Below are positions 9,280 through 22,121 of a stretch of DNA of 64,000 bases, piece after piece (position 1 is the first letter of the stretch; every line of letters starts with the position of its first letter). Under the pieces are notes generated by a model. That model was not told where the DNA came from, ran no database searches, and worked only from the letters and a program-made list of their open reading frames with translations. A program made the position numbers and the translations under genes. The DNA is from an uncultured delta proteobacterium. GTDB taxonomy: Bacteria > Myxococcota > Kuafuiibacteriia > Kuafuiibacteriales > Kuafuiibacteriaceae. The stretch spans positions 736,001-800,000 of the forward strand of contig CAWDML010000001.1 in NCBI GenBank assembly GCA_963803435.1. The letters are read 5' to 3'.

Positions 9280-11682
9280 TTGTGCTCCAAGAGGATCTGG
9301 CCCGCGGTCCTGGCCGCGGCGCTGGGCGTGGCGGGATCCGCCCACGCCCAGACGACCGGCACGTCGACGGCCACGAGCGAGCTCGTGCCGCCGAGGCTGC
9401 TGACGAAGCCCGAAGCCCGCTACCCCGAGGCGGCCCTGCGCGATCGGGTGGGGGGCACCGTGCTCCTCGAGCTGGCGGTGACGGCCACCGGGACGGTCGC
9501 CTCGGTCGTCCCGGTCTCCGGCCCGCGGGCTGATCTGGTGGCGGCCGCCAAGGAGGCGGCCCTCGACTTCCGCTTCGAGCCTGCCCGCTATCGAGGCGAG
9601 CCAATCCCGATCGTGGTCCGCTATCGAACCACCTTCGCGCCGCCACCGTCGCCTCTCCCGCCCGCGCTCCCGCCGGTGGCGACGGCCACGCCCGCGGCGA
9701 CGGCCACCGGCTCGGGCGATCGCTACGCGGTGATCGTGCGGGGCGCCGCGCCCGTGGTGCGGAGCGCGTCCGAGGTGGTGCGCGGGAAGGCGGTCCTCTC
9801 GGCGGCGCCGCATCGCTCGGCGGACGAGCTGTTGTTCGTGGTGCCGGGCATCTTCATCACGAAGCACAGCGGCGAAGGCAAGGCCTTCCAGATCTTCTAC
9901 CGCGGCTTCGACGCCGTGCACGGCCAGGACCTCGAGATCTGGGCGGCGGGCGCGCCGGTCAACGACGTCTCGAACCTGCACGGCCAGGGCTACGCCGACC
10001 TCCACTTCCTCCCGGTGGAGGTGGTCAAGACGCTGCGCGCCACGCCCGGCGCCTACGATCCGCGCCAGGGCGACTTCGCGGTGGCCGGAACGCTCCGCTT
10101 CGACGTGGGGCTCGATTGGCCCGGCATCACGGCCAAGCTGGAGGGCGGTCAGTTCGACACGCTCCGCGTGTTCCTCGGCTACCGGCCCGAGACGGCCACC
10201 GAGGACACCTTCGCCGCCGTGGAGCTCTACCATACGGGCGGCTTCGGTCCCTCGCGCGCGGCCGATCGCGCCGCCGGCGTCGCCCAGTGGGTGCAACCGC
10301 TCGGCGACGGCGTCGACCTCCGCCTGTTCGCCAGCGCCTATGCCACGCACTTCGCCTCCGCCGGCGTCCTGCGGCTCGCCGATGTCGAGGACGGGAGCGT
10401 CGATCGCTACGCCACCTACGATCCGACGCAGGGCGGCGCGTCCAGCCGGGTGCAGGTGGTGGCCGGCCTGGGCCACGAGGACGCCGGCGATGCCTGGTCG
10501 CTGTCGCCCTACTTCGTCCTGCGCACGCTCCGCCTCCGCGAGAACTTCACCGGCTTCCTCAAGGATCCGGACGGCGACTCGGAGCAGCAGTTGAACGACG
10601 ACCTGGTGGTGGGCGCCACCGGCTACTACCGCCGTCGCCTCCACCTGCTCTCCCACCGCGACTCGATCGAGGCGGGCGTCTTCGCGCGGGCCGACTGGAT
10701 CGATCAGTCGCAGCGCCGCGTCTCGGTCGTCGACGCCTCGGTCACCGCCGACGAGGTCGACGCGCGGGTGCGGGGCCTCGACGTCGCCGGCTACCTCGAT
10801 CTCTCGGTGTCGCCCTGCGACTTCCTGACCGTCCGCGCCGGGGCCCGTCTCGACGGCCTCGCCTACTTCGCCGAGGACCAGGGCGGCGCCGCCGAGGGCC
10901 AGGCCCGCGCCTCGCAGGGCACGCACCTCGGCCTCAAGGGCACCGTCGACGTCCGCATCGTGCCCGCGCTCCACGCGCTGGTGAGCTACGGCGACGGCTT
11001 CCGCTCCCCGCAGGCGCGCAGCCTCTCCGAGGGCGAGACCACACCCTTCACCACGGTGCGCTCCGGCGAGGTCGGGCTCCGGCTGAAGCTGCCCCATCTC
11101 ACCGCCTCGCTGGCGGGCTTCCTCACCACGCTCAGCGACGATCTGGTGTTCGACCAGTCGACCTCCCGGAACGAGCGGGTCCCCTCCACGCGCCGGATCG
11201 GAGGGACTGCGGAGCTGGTGACCTCGCCGTTCGAAGGCTTCACGGCGGCCGCCAGCTTCACGTTCACCGACGCCGAGCTCACCGGGAGCAACGACAGGTT
11301 CCACGCCGGTGATCTCGTCCCGTACGCGCCTCAGATCGTGGCCCGGCTCGACACCTCGTACGGCCGCGAGCTGGGTGCGCTCTTCGCGCTGCCGGTCAGC
11401 GTCAAGGTCGGCGCCGCGCTCTCCGTGCTGGCGCGGCGCCCGCTGCCGTTCGACGAGATCGGACACGACATCATCCTCGTCGACGCGCTCGCAGAGCTGG
11501 GCTTCGGCCCGGGTCGGCTCGGCGTCGAGGTCTACAATCTCCTCGGCACGCGCTGGTACGACGGCGAGTTCGTCTTCGCGTCGAGGTTCGATCCATCCAA
11601 CGCCGCGGCCCTGGTGCCCGAGCGTCACGTCACCGTCGGTGCGCCGCGCACCGTGCTCGCCTCGGTGGCGATCGACTTTTGA
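9280..11682 (+). CDS. TonB-dependent receptor with fused N-terminal TonB C-terminal domain
   Basis: TTG start after GGAGG; signal peptide; YPEAALR...GTVLLELAV...RFEPA TonB-C domain; plug HSGEGKAFQIFYRGFDAVHG; beta-barrel ending in terminal Phe. Confidence 0.9.
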   Translation: MCSKRIWPAVLAAALGVAGSAHAQTTGTSTATSELVPPRLLTKPEARYPEAALRDRVGGTVLLELAVTATGTVASVVPVSGPRADLVAAAKEAALDFRFEPARYRGEPIPIVVRYRTTFAPPPSPLPPALPPVATATPAATATGSGDRYAVIVRGAAPVVRSASEVVRGKAVLSAAPHRSADELLFVVPGIFITKHSGEGKAFQIFYRGFDAVHGQDLEIWAAGAPVNDVSNLHGQGYADLHFLPVEVVKTLRATPGAYDPRQGDFAVAGTLRFDVGLDWPGITAKLEGGQFDTLRVFLGYRPETATEDTFAAVELYHTGGFGPSRAADRAAGVAQWVQPLGDGVDLRLFASAYATHFASAGVLRLADVEDGSVDRYATYDPTQGGASSRVQVVAGLGHEDAGDAWSLSPYFVLRTLRLRENFTGFLKDPDGDSEQQLNDDLVVGATGYYRRRLHLLSHRDSIEAGVFARADWIDQSQRRVSVVDASVTADEVDARVRGLDVAGYLDLSVSPCDFLTVRAGARLDGLAYFAEDQGGAAEGQARASQGTHLGLKGTVDVRIVPALHALVSYGDGFRSPQARSLSEGETTPFTTVRSGEVGLRLKLPHLTASLAGFLTTLSDDLVFDQSTSRNERVPSTRRIGGTAELVTSPFEGFTAAASFTFTDAELTGSNDRFHAGDLVPYAPQIVARLDTSYGRELGALFALPVSVKVGAALSVLARRPLPFDEIGHDIILVDALAELGFGPGRLGVEVYNLLGTRWYDGEFVFASRFDPSNAAALVPERHVTVGAPRTVLASVAIDF

Positions 11683-11696
11683 AGGAGGTCCGAAGC

Positions 11697-12476
11697 ATGC
11701 GTTCACCGTTCCTGCTCCTCTTCACCGCGCTTCTCGGCTGCGGCGGTACCACCGGAAGACGGGTCGTCCTCCACACTGAGCTCGAGACCGACGTGGGCGC
11801 TGATCGAACGTTCGTCACCAGCCTGGGCTGGACGGTCACGCTCGACGCCGCCGCCGTCTCCACCGGCGCGCTGTACTATTACGACGGCGAGCCCGCCTTC
11901 ACCGAGGCGCGGCCGGGCCCCGTGGATCGCTTCTTCGCCGCGCTCTCACCGATCCAGGTCGCGTACGCCCATCCCGGGCACTACCTCGCGGGCAACGCCA
12001 AGGGGCAGGTCCTGTCGCCCTACTCCGTCGATCTGCTGGGCGGAGCGGCGATGCTCCCCGACGGCGAGGGGATCTCGGGCGAGTACCGCTCGGCGACCTT
12101 CTCGTTCGCGTCGCCGACCGAGGGCCCAGCCCTCTCGACGCTCGACGGTCACGTGGCGATCGCGCGGGGCACAGCCACGCTGGATGGACGTATGGTCCAC
12201 TTCGCCGCCGACGCCGATCTCGCAGACATCGAGCGCACCGCCAAGGACGGCCAGGTCACCGGGTGCGTGTTCTCGGAGACGGACGTCGAGGAGGACGGGA
12301 CGGTCACGGTCACCGTGCGCCCCAAGGTCTGGTTCAACCTGGTCGACTTCGCGGAGCTCCCGGAGGGCTCGGCGGAGGCGCCCAGCACGCTCGCGCCCGA
12401 CAGCACCGCTCGCATCGCGTTCGCGCTGGGACTCGCCCAGCTCAGCGCCTACGAGCTCCACTACACGAAGCCTTGA
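11697..12476 (+). CDS. Receptor-associated lipoprotein with AHPGH motif
   Basis: AAGGAGG SD, LLGC lipobox, internal AYAHPGHY. Confidence 0.7.
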   Translation: MRSPFLLLFTALLGCGGTTGRRVVLHTELETDVGADRTFVTSLGWTVTLDAAAVSTGALYYYDGEPAFTEARPGPVDRFFAALSPIQVAYAHPGHYLAGNAKGQVLSPYSVDLLGGAAMLPDGEGISGEYRSATFSFASPTEGPALSTLDGHVAIARGTATLDGRMVHFAADADLADIERTAKDGQVTGCVFSETDVEEDGTVTVTVRPKVWFNLVDFAELPEGSAEAPSTLAPDSTARIAFALGLAQLSAYELHYTKP

Positions 12477-12487
12477 GAGGAAGAGAG

Positions 12488-13351
12488 ATGAAGACACCGA
12501 TCGCCATCCTATGTCTGACGTGCGCCACCGCCTGCGGGGGCGGCGCCGGAACCGCCAAGTTCACCACCTGGGGCGAAGAGTACATCGAGGAGATGATCCC
12601 GGCCGATCCCGAGGGCGAGGCCGGCTTCGTCGACGGCTGGACCCTCCACTACGACCGCTTCCTGGTGACGATGCACCAGATCCAGGTGGCGGCCAGCGAC
12701 GGGACCGTGGGCGCGACCATGGAGGGCTCGAAGCTGATCGACAACACCACGCCCGGCCGCAAGGACCTGGTCTCGTTCACCGATCTGGAGGCGCGGGAGT
12801 GGGACGCGGTCAGCTATCAGATCAAGCCCGCGACCCCGACCTCCGAGCTGGTCGGCGCGACCGAGGCCGACCGCACCCTGATGGTGGACAACGGTTGGTC
12901 GATCTACGTCGAGGGCTCGGCCACCAAGACCAGCACCGCCGGGCCGGTCACCAAGACGTTCCACCTCGGCTACCCCACCGCGACCCAGTACTCGAGCTGC
13001 CAGCAGCCCGAGGACAGCGGGCACGCGATCCTCGGCATCGTGGTCACCGACGGCGGCACCGACGTCAGCGAGCTCACCACGCACGGCGATCACTTCTACT
13101 ACGACCGGCTCAAGGCCTCGCCCGATCCGGCGGTCAAGACGGTGCTGCGCTTCGACGAGAAGGCGGCCGCCGACACCGACGCCGACGGTGAGATCACGCA
13201 GGAGGAGCTCGACGCCGAGCGTATCGACGTCATGAAGTACGATCCCTCCGGCTTCGACGCGCCGACCTTGGGCGCATTCATGACCGCGCTGGCCCGCACC
13301 ATCGGCCACTTTCGCGGCGAGGGCGAGTGCACCATCTCCAAGATCCAGTGA
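12488..13351 (+). CDS. Receptor-associated lipoprotein with HGDH motif and EF-hand-like loop
   Basis: GAGG SD, ATAC lipobox, TTHGDHFYYD, DTDADGEITQEE, GHFRGEGEC. Confidence 0.7.
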   Translation: MKTPIAILCLTCATACGGGAGTAKFTTWGEEYIEEMIPADPEGEAGFVDGWTLHYDRFLVTMHQIQVAASDGTVGATMEGSKLIDNTTPGRKDLVSFTDLEAREWDAVSYQIKPATPTSELVGATEADRTLMVDNGWSIYVEGSATKTSTAGPVTKTFHLGYPTATQYSSCQQPEDSGHAILGIVVTDGGTDVSELTTHGDHFYYDRLKASPDPAVKTVLRFDEKAAADTDADGEITQEELDAERIDVMKYDPSGFDAPTLGAFMTALARTIGHFRGEGECTISKIQ

Positions 13352-13352
13352 G

Positions 13353-14519
<1,167 letters not shown>

Positions 14520-14543
14520 GAGCTCAGCATGGCACGACCTCGC

Positions 14544-14816
14544 TCAACGGGGAGGACGGAGGTCGTCCGGCAGGCGACCGGCCGGCGGGCGCGGCAGCAC
14601 CGGAGGACGCTCGAGCGTGCCCGGCGTGACGCCGCCGTCGAGATCGGTGCCGCCGTCCTCGGTCATCATCATGCCGCCGTCGGCGGTCATCATCATGCCG
14701 CTGTCGCGTTTAGTGCCGGAGTCGGTCCCCGAGTCCGCCGTCTGATCGGTGTCCTTGCACGCGACCGCCCCCAGCATCAGCCCGAGGCAGACCGTGATGA
14801 GGTATAGGTATCGCAT
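14544..14816 (-). CDS. Small lipoprotein with Met-triplet repeats and Pro/Arg-rich tail
   Basis: AVAC lipobox; GMMMT twice; ends LERPPVLPRPPAGRLPDDLRPPR; start overlaps the YcnI gene stop. Confidence 0.7.
   Translation of the reverse strand: MRYLYLITVCLGLMLGAVACKDTDQTADSGTDSGTKRDSGMMMTADGGMMMTEDGGTDLDGGVTPGTLERPPVLPRPPAGRLPDDLRPPR
14660..14701. repeat. 24-bp-period direct repeat encoding GMMMT twice
   Basis: CGGTCATCATCATGCCGC at 14660-14677 and 14684-14701. Confidence 0.8.
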
Positions 14817-15502
14817 CAGTACTTGACCCAGATCTCGGTGGCCGCGGGGATGCTGGTCAGCGTCTCAACGTCGGTCTCCGCCTCGATCAGCTCCTTGGTC
14901 GCCGGGTTGCTGCTGTACGCCGAGCTTCCGGCCCAGACGATCTGCGCGTCGTCGAACACCGTGAGATCGTCCATCTGCGCCGCGACCATCACCTTGTTCC
15001 AACCCGGGAAGCGCGGGGGAAGGATCTGCAGCGCAGCCGCAGGCTCCCCCTCCTCGCCGGGCAGCGCCTCCCACTCGACCGTCGTCACCTCGCCCGTGGC
15101 GGCGCGGCAGGTCTGGGTGGCGTGGAAGTAGAGCGTCTGGAAGGGCGTGTCGGGGACGTTGATGCGGATCTGGAACTGGTAGAACTGGTCGTCGGCCGGT
15201 CGGGCGGCCGCCTTGGTCCATTCGACCGATAGAGGAATCCCGGCCGAGCTGGTGGCCACGGTCGCTTCACCGAAGGGCCCTGGGACCGCCCGGACCGTGG
15301 TGATGGCCTCGGGGAGGTGGACGAGCACCCCAATCGTGTCGGCGCCAGTGCAGCCGTGTCCGACCGAGAACGTCAGGAGCTGGCCTCTGGCCCCGGCGTA
15401 GACCGGGCTGGCGACCGTGATGTGCGCGAAGGCGGGGGCCGCGAGGCCGACGAGGGCGCACCCTAGGGTGAGGGCGAGAGAGTGACGAAGAGCAGAATTC
15501 AC
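14816..15502 (-). CDS. YcnI/DUF1775 family copper-binding protein
   Basis: AFA-HITV gives a mature N-terminal His; FSVGHGC, LYFHATQTC, VEW. Confidence 0.8.
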   Translation of the reverse strand: MNSALRHSLALTLGCALVGLAAPAFAHITVASPVYAGARGQLLTFSVGHGCTGADTIGVLVHLPEAITTVRAVPGPFGEATVATSSAGIPLSVEWTKAAARPADDQFYQFQIRINVPDTPFQTLYFHATQTCRAATGEVTTVEWEALPGEEGEPAAALQILPPRFPGWNKVMVAAQMDDLTVFDDAQIVWAGSSAYSSNPATKELIEAETDVETLTSIPAATEIWVKY

Positions 15503-15658
15503 AGAGACCTCCCGAATCAGTGAGATGGGGGCAGCCTAGATCACGGGAGCGAGTCGCCCAACGCGACAAATGGTCGCAGCGCGCGGATCGATGTCCGAAC
15601 GTCGGCGGGTCGTGTCAGCATGAAACTCGGCCCGGTCGTGATCGTAGGAAGAAGAGCG

Positions 15659-16456
15659 ATGAAGCCCGCGCGCTTGTCATCCGTCATGCTGCTGGCGCTC
15701 ACCGCCTGTCTCGCCGGCTCCGACCCGCAGCCTCCGGCACGCCGCACCTGCGACGGCGATCCCCGCGCCAGCACGTACGAGCCGGGCCTCACGCGAGAGA
15801 GCAAGGACGGTCTGTTCACCGCGCGCCTCGAGGAGACGTCTCCGCCCACGCCGGGCCGCGGTGAGAACGTGTGGAACCTCGCGCTCGTCGACGCCGCCGG
15901 CGATCCGATGACTCCGGACAGCGTGCGGCTCAAGGCCTGGATGCCCGACCACGGGCACGGCACCAACCCGCTCTGGAACGATCCGGTCGAGAGCTCCGAG
16001 CCCGGCCGCCCCCAGTTCGGCCCCTTCAATCTCTACATGAGCGGGCTGTGGGAGTTCACGATCCACGCGTCGGCCGGTGCGACCGAGGACGAGGCCACCC
16101 TCGCGTTCTGCATCACGAAGGAAGACGTCGAAGATCCCGGGTTCGACGGCGGCGTCCCCGTCGACGACGCCGGCATGCCGATCGTGTGCGAGGTGACCGC
16201 GCCGACCAGCTGCCCCAGCCCGTCCCCCCGCTACGCCGACGTGGAGCCGATCTTCGCCGAGCGCTGCTTCGGCTGCCACGACGGCTCCGGCGATCAGTGG
16301 CCGCTCACGTCGTACGAGCACGTCGCCGACTGGTTCGCGGAGATCCGCGGCATGCTGCTCGCCTGCACCATGCCGCCGCCCGACTCGGGTGTCCCGATGA
16401 GCGTCGAAGAGCGGGAGCAGATCCTCGGCTGGATCCGCTGCGGCTTCCCGCCCTGA
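15659..16456 (+). CDS. Lipoprotein with FixH/YtkA-like domain fused to a monoheme cytochrome c
   Basis: LTAC lipobox; WMPDHGHG...MSGLWEFTI; then IFAERCFGCH...MPP...ILGWI. Confidence 0.65.
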   Translation: MKPARLSSVMLLALTACLAGSDPQPPARRTCDGDPRASTYEPGLTRESKDGLFTARLEETSPPTPGRGENVWNLALVDAAGDPMTPDSVRLKAWMPDHGHGTNPLWNDPVESSEPGRPQFGPFNLYMSGLWEFTIHASAGATEDEATLAFCITKEDVEDPGFDGGVPVDDAGMPIVCEVTAPTSCPSPSPRYADVEPIFAERCFGCHDGSGDQWPLTSYEHVADWFAEIRGMLLACTMPPPDSGVPMSVEEREQILGWIRCGFPP

Positions 16457-16462
16457 GATCGC

Positions 16463-16897
16463 TCAGTCGTCCATCGCGCCGTTGGTGATCCACGCGCGGA
16501 TCGCGTCGAGGTCGCACTGTTGCAGATGCGGGCGGCCTTCGGGCATGCGGGCGCCGGGCGGGTCGGCGCTGCCGAGCTTGATCAAGAGAAAGCTGTCGTC
16601 GGGCTGTCCCGGCACCACGCGCTTCATCCAGGTCATCCGACCCACCGGATGCAAGGTGTTGCCGAGGAGATTCGCGAGCACCGCCGACTGCTCCGCCGAA
16701 AACATGAGCCCACCCGCCTTCGTCGCGTCGTGGCACGAGCTGTCGGCGCAGAACTCGGGGCGAGAGAGGCGCTCCGCGTAGATCGACGTCAGCGTCGAGT
16801 CGAGGCACGGCGGCGGCGGAGTCGAATCGTCGGTTTCGCCGCCCGAGCACGCAGCAAGCCCAAGAAGGACGGCCAACCCGATCGAGCCGGAGGACAT
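16463..16897 (-). CDS. Small cytochrome c-like lipoprotein (CX4CH motif)
   Basis: LAAC lipobox, CADSSCH, VVPGQPDDSFL, RMP, IRAWITNGA. Confidence 0.65.
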   Translation of the reverse strand: MSSGSIGLAVLLGLAACSGGETDDSTPPPPCLDSTLTSIYAERLSRPEFCADSSCHDATKAGGLMFSAEQSAVLANLLGNTLHPVGRMTWMKRVVPGQPDDSFLLIKLGSADPPGARMPEGRPHLQQCDLDAIRAWITNGAMDD

Positions 16898-16999
16898 GGC
16901 GCCATCATCAGTCAGAAACGGCCCCGGCCGACAACTGCGACAAACTGACGCGGGGCCTTCGATTGCCAAATCTCGGACCGATGATTAGCGTCCGGCACC

Positions 17000-17449
17000 G
17001 TGAAGACCTATCTCATGCTCACGGTTGGACTCCTGGTCGGCTGCGGCTCCAGCGACCCGCCGGAGATGACCTCGGTGACCGTCAGCCCCGCCTCTGTCCA
17101 GCGCGGGACCGACGTCACCGTCAACGTCACTGTGGCGAACTTCGAGCTCCGAATGCCGGCCGAAGAGGAGGCGCTCACGGCCGCGGAGGAGGAGATCGCG
17201 CCGGCCACCGGCGACTATCCGGACGGCGGACACTTCCATATCTACCTCGACGACCTCGAGACCAACCCGATGCTGGTCAACTGCCCGGACTACTGCGACG
17301 ACAGCGCATTCATGACCTCGGTCCGCGCCCGCGTGCCCGACGACGCCACGGCGGGATCCCACATGGTGATCGTGCGGCTCAACAACGACTTCCACATGTT
17401 CCTGAATCCGCAGATCAAGGGACAAGCCCCGCTGATGGTCACGGAGTAG
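17000..17449 (+). CDS. His-containing Ig-like lipoprotein (possible metal binding)
   Basis: LVGC lipobox; GHFHIYLD, GSHMVIVRLNNDFH. Confidence 0.65.
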   Translation: MKTYLMLTVGLLVGCGSSDPPEMTSVTVSPASVQRGTDVTVNVTVANFELRMPAEEEALTAAEEEIAPATGDYPDGGHFHIYLDDLETNPMLVNCPDYCDDSAFMTSVRARVPDDATAGSHMVIVRLNNDFHMFLNPQIKGQAPLMVTE

Positions 17450-17798
17450 GACGACCCACCAGCCAGCGGGCCAGCTCGTGGCCGGCGATCACGAGCAGGA
17501 TCCCGAGCGCGATCGCCGGTAGTGCCCACGCGGCCATCCGACGCCGCCACAGCCGCTCCACGCGCGGGATCGCGGCGAGGCACGCACCGGCGAGGGCCCC
17601 GGCCAGCCCCCAGAGGATCAGGCCGTACCAACCCATGGTGAGGATCCCTGAGCCGGCGGTCATCCGCCACGTGCGCTCGACCGGCAGATACAGCGGTCGA
17701 GGCAGCCCAAACAGGTAGCTCGCGGAGTAGCCGACCACGGCACCGAGGACCGCGGAGAGCACCACCGGGCTCCGGGCGCGCGGGGACGGCGCCGTCAT
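17439..17798 (-). CDS. Hypothetical membrane protein (3 TM)
   Basis: From ATG 17798, overlapping the upstream stop; hydrophobic helices; MGWYG motif. Confidence 0.6.
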   Translation of the reverse strand: MTAPSPRARSPVVLSAVLGAVVGYSASYLFGLPRPLYLPVERTWRMTAGSGILTMGWYGLILWGLAGALAGACLAAIPRVERLWRRRMAAWALPAIALGILLVIAGHELARWLVGRPTP

Positions 17799-18250
17799 AT
17801 CGGTCGCAGCGTGACGAGCCCGAGACCGACGAGCCCGGCCCAGACAATCACCATCATGGCGAGCGCGGCGAGGGCGTCGGCGGTGGTGGAGAGCGGTGAA
17901 CGATCCCGCTCGAAGGGAAGGAGGACCTGGGCCAGCACCAGCCAGAAACCGAGCGCCACCCAGTGCTCCTTGATCTCGAACATCCCGGTCGCCCACGGGT
18001 GCGCGGCGTCCAGGTAGCCCGCGCGAACGTCCACCCGAAACGCCGGGTAGATGAGACCTCCCAGCAGCATGTTGGGCACGTAGAGCGCGAGCACCACGCG
18101 CGGATAGAGGCGGCGGAGACGAGCCTGAACGGGGAGCCCGAACAGATGGCGGATCCCGAGGACACCGTTGTGTACGCCGCTTCCGATCAAAGGGATCGCG
18201 AGGGCGGCGTGGAGCAAGAGGAGCAGCTTGTCATAGGGCTGCGCGATCAT
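17795..18250 (-). CDS. Hypothetical 4-TM membrane protein with His residues in helices
   Basis: LLHA, GVHNG, YPAFRVDVR, FEIKEHW. Confidence 0.65.
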   Translation of the reverse strand: MIAQPYDKLLLLLHAALAIPLIGSGVHNGVLGIRHLFGLPVQARLRRLYPRVVLALYVPNMLLGGLIYPAFRVDVRAGYLDAAHPWATGMFEIKEHWVALGFWLVLAQVLLPFERDRSPLSTTADALAALAMMVIVWAGLVGLGLVTLRPI

Positions 18251-18271
18251 TCCGGCGTCGATTCGAACCCT

Positions 18272-19195
18272 CTAGTACCGAGGAACCTTCGGATCAACCT
18301 CGACGGACCACGCGTCGATGCCGCCGCGGAGGTTGTAGACCTTCTTGAACCCCTGCTGCAGGAAGTGCTGCGCCGCCGCCATCGAGCGCGCGCCGCTGTG
18401 GCAATGGAAGACCAGGGTCGCGGCCTCCTTGTCGAGCACCTCGATGGACTGGGCGGCCGCCTGATCGAGCAGCCGCGCCCCCGGGATGGTGGCGATCTCG
18501 CGCTCGCGCTCGGTCCGCACGTCGAACAGCTCGATGGGCTCACCGGCGTCGAGGCGGGCCTTGAGCTCGCCGGCGGTGATGATGCGAACGCGGGGCGGCT
18601 CGTTCGGGTTGTCGATCTTGAAGCCGCCGGACTCGCCAGGGACGAAGTCGATGTGCACGCCGTTCGCCTTCTGGGCCGTGCCGCGATCCACCAGCAGGGC
18701 GACGCCGTTCGACTCGATCTCGAAGTCGCCGGGTTTCGGATGATCGAGGTCGAGGCCCGGGCGCCACTCCCGATCGATGGTGAAGCGAACCCGCGCGCCT
18801 GGCTCCTCGGAGAGCGCGCCGGCCAGCGCTTCCTTGGCGCTGTCGGTGATCGCGATCTTGGGCGGCGCGATCTCCGGAGGCTCGCGACCGAGCAGGCCGT
18901 GGAGATCGCCGGCCTCGTACATCTGCGTGACGATGTCGGCGCCGCCGACGAACTTCCCCTTGACGTAGAGCTGCGGGATCGTCGGCCAGTTCGAGTACTG
19001 CTTGATGCCCTCGCGGACGTTGGGATCCTCGAGTACGTTCACGGTGAGATAGTCGTCGAGGAACTGATCCAGCACCGAGACGACGCGCGCCGAGAAGCCG
19101 CACTGAGGGAGGCGGCGCTTGCCCTTCATGAACAGCACCACGTCGTTCTTGGAGACCAGCTCGTCCAGTTGCGCCTTGAGCTCCGGGGTCAGCAT
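18272..19195 (-). CDS. grxD: Monothiol glutaredoxin (Grx4) fused to a HesB/IscA-like domain and a rhodanese domain
   Basis: PQCGFS, WPTIPQLY, GGADI; IAITDSA...IDFV...GFKIDNPN; FDVRT..E...FHCHSGARS...LRGGIDAW. Confidence 0.88.
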   Translation of the reverse strand: MLTPELKAQLDELVSKNDVVLFMKGKRRLPQCGFSARVVSVLDQFLDDYLTVNVLEDPNVREGIKQYSNWPTIPQLYVKGKFVGGADIVTQMYEAGDLHGLLGREPPEIAPPKIAITDSAKEALAGALSEEPGARVRFTIDREWRPGLDLDHPKPGDFEIESNGVALLVDRGTAQKANGVHIDFVPGESGGFKIDNPNEPPRVRIITAGELKARLDAGEPIELFDVRTEREREIATIPGARLLDQAAAQSIEVLDKEAATLVFHCHSGARSMAAAQHFLQQGFKKVYNLRGGIDAWSVEVDPKVPRY

Positions 19196-19204
19196 GGGGA
19201 CAAG

Positions 19205-22066
<2,862 letters not shown>

Positions 22067-22121
22067 TGCGCGGGTCTATCGTCCCGCTCTGGCCTGTACA
22101 AGCGCAATCTACCGGCTCTCG

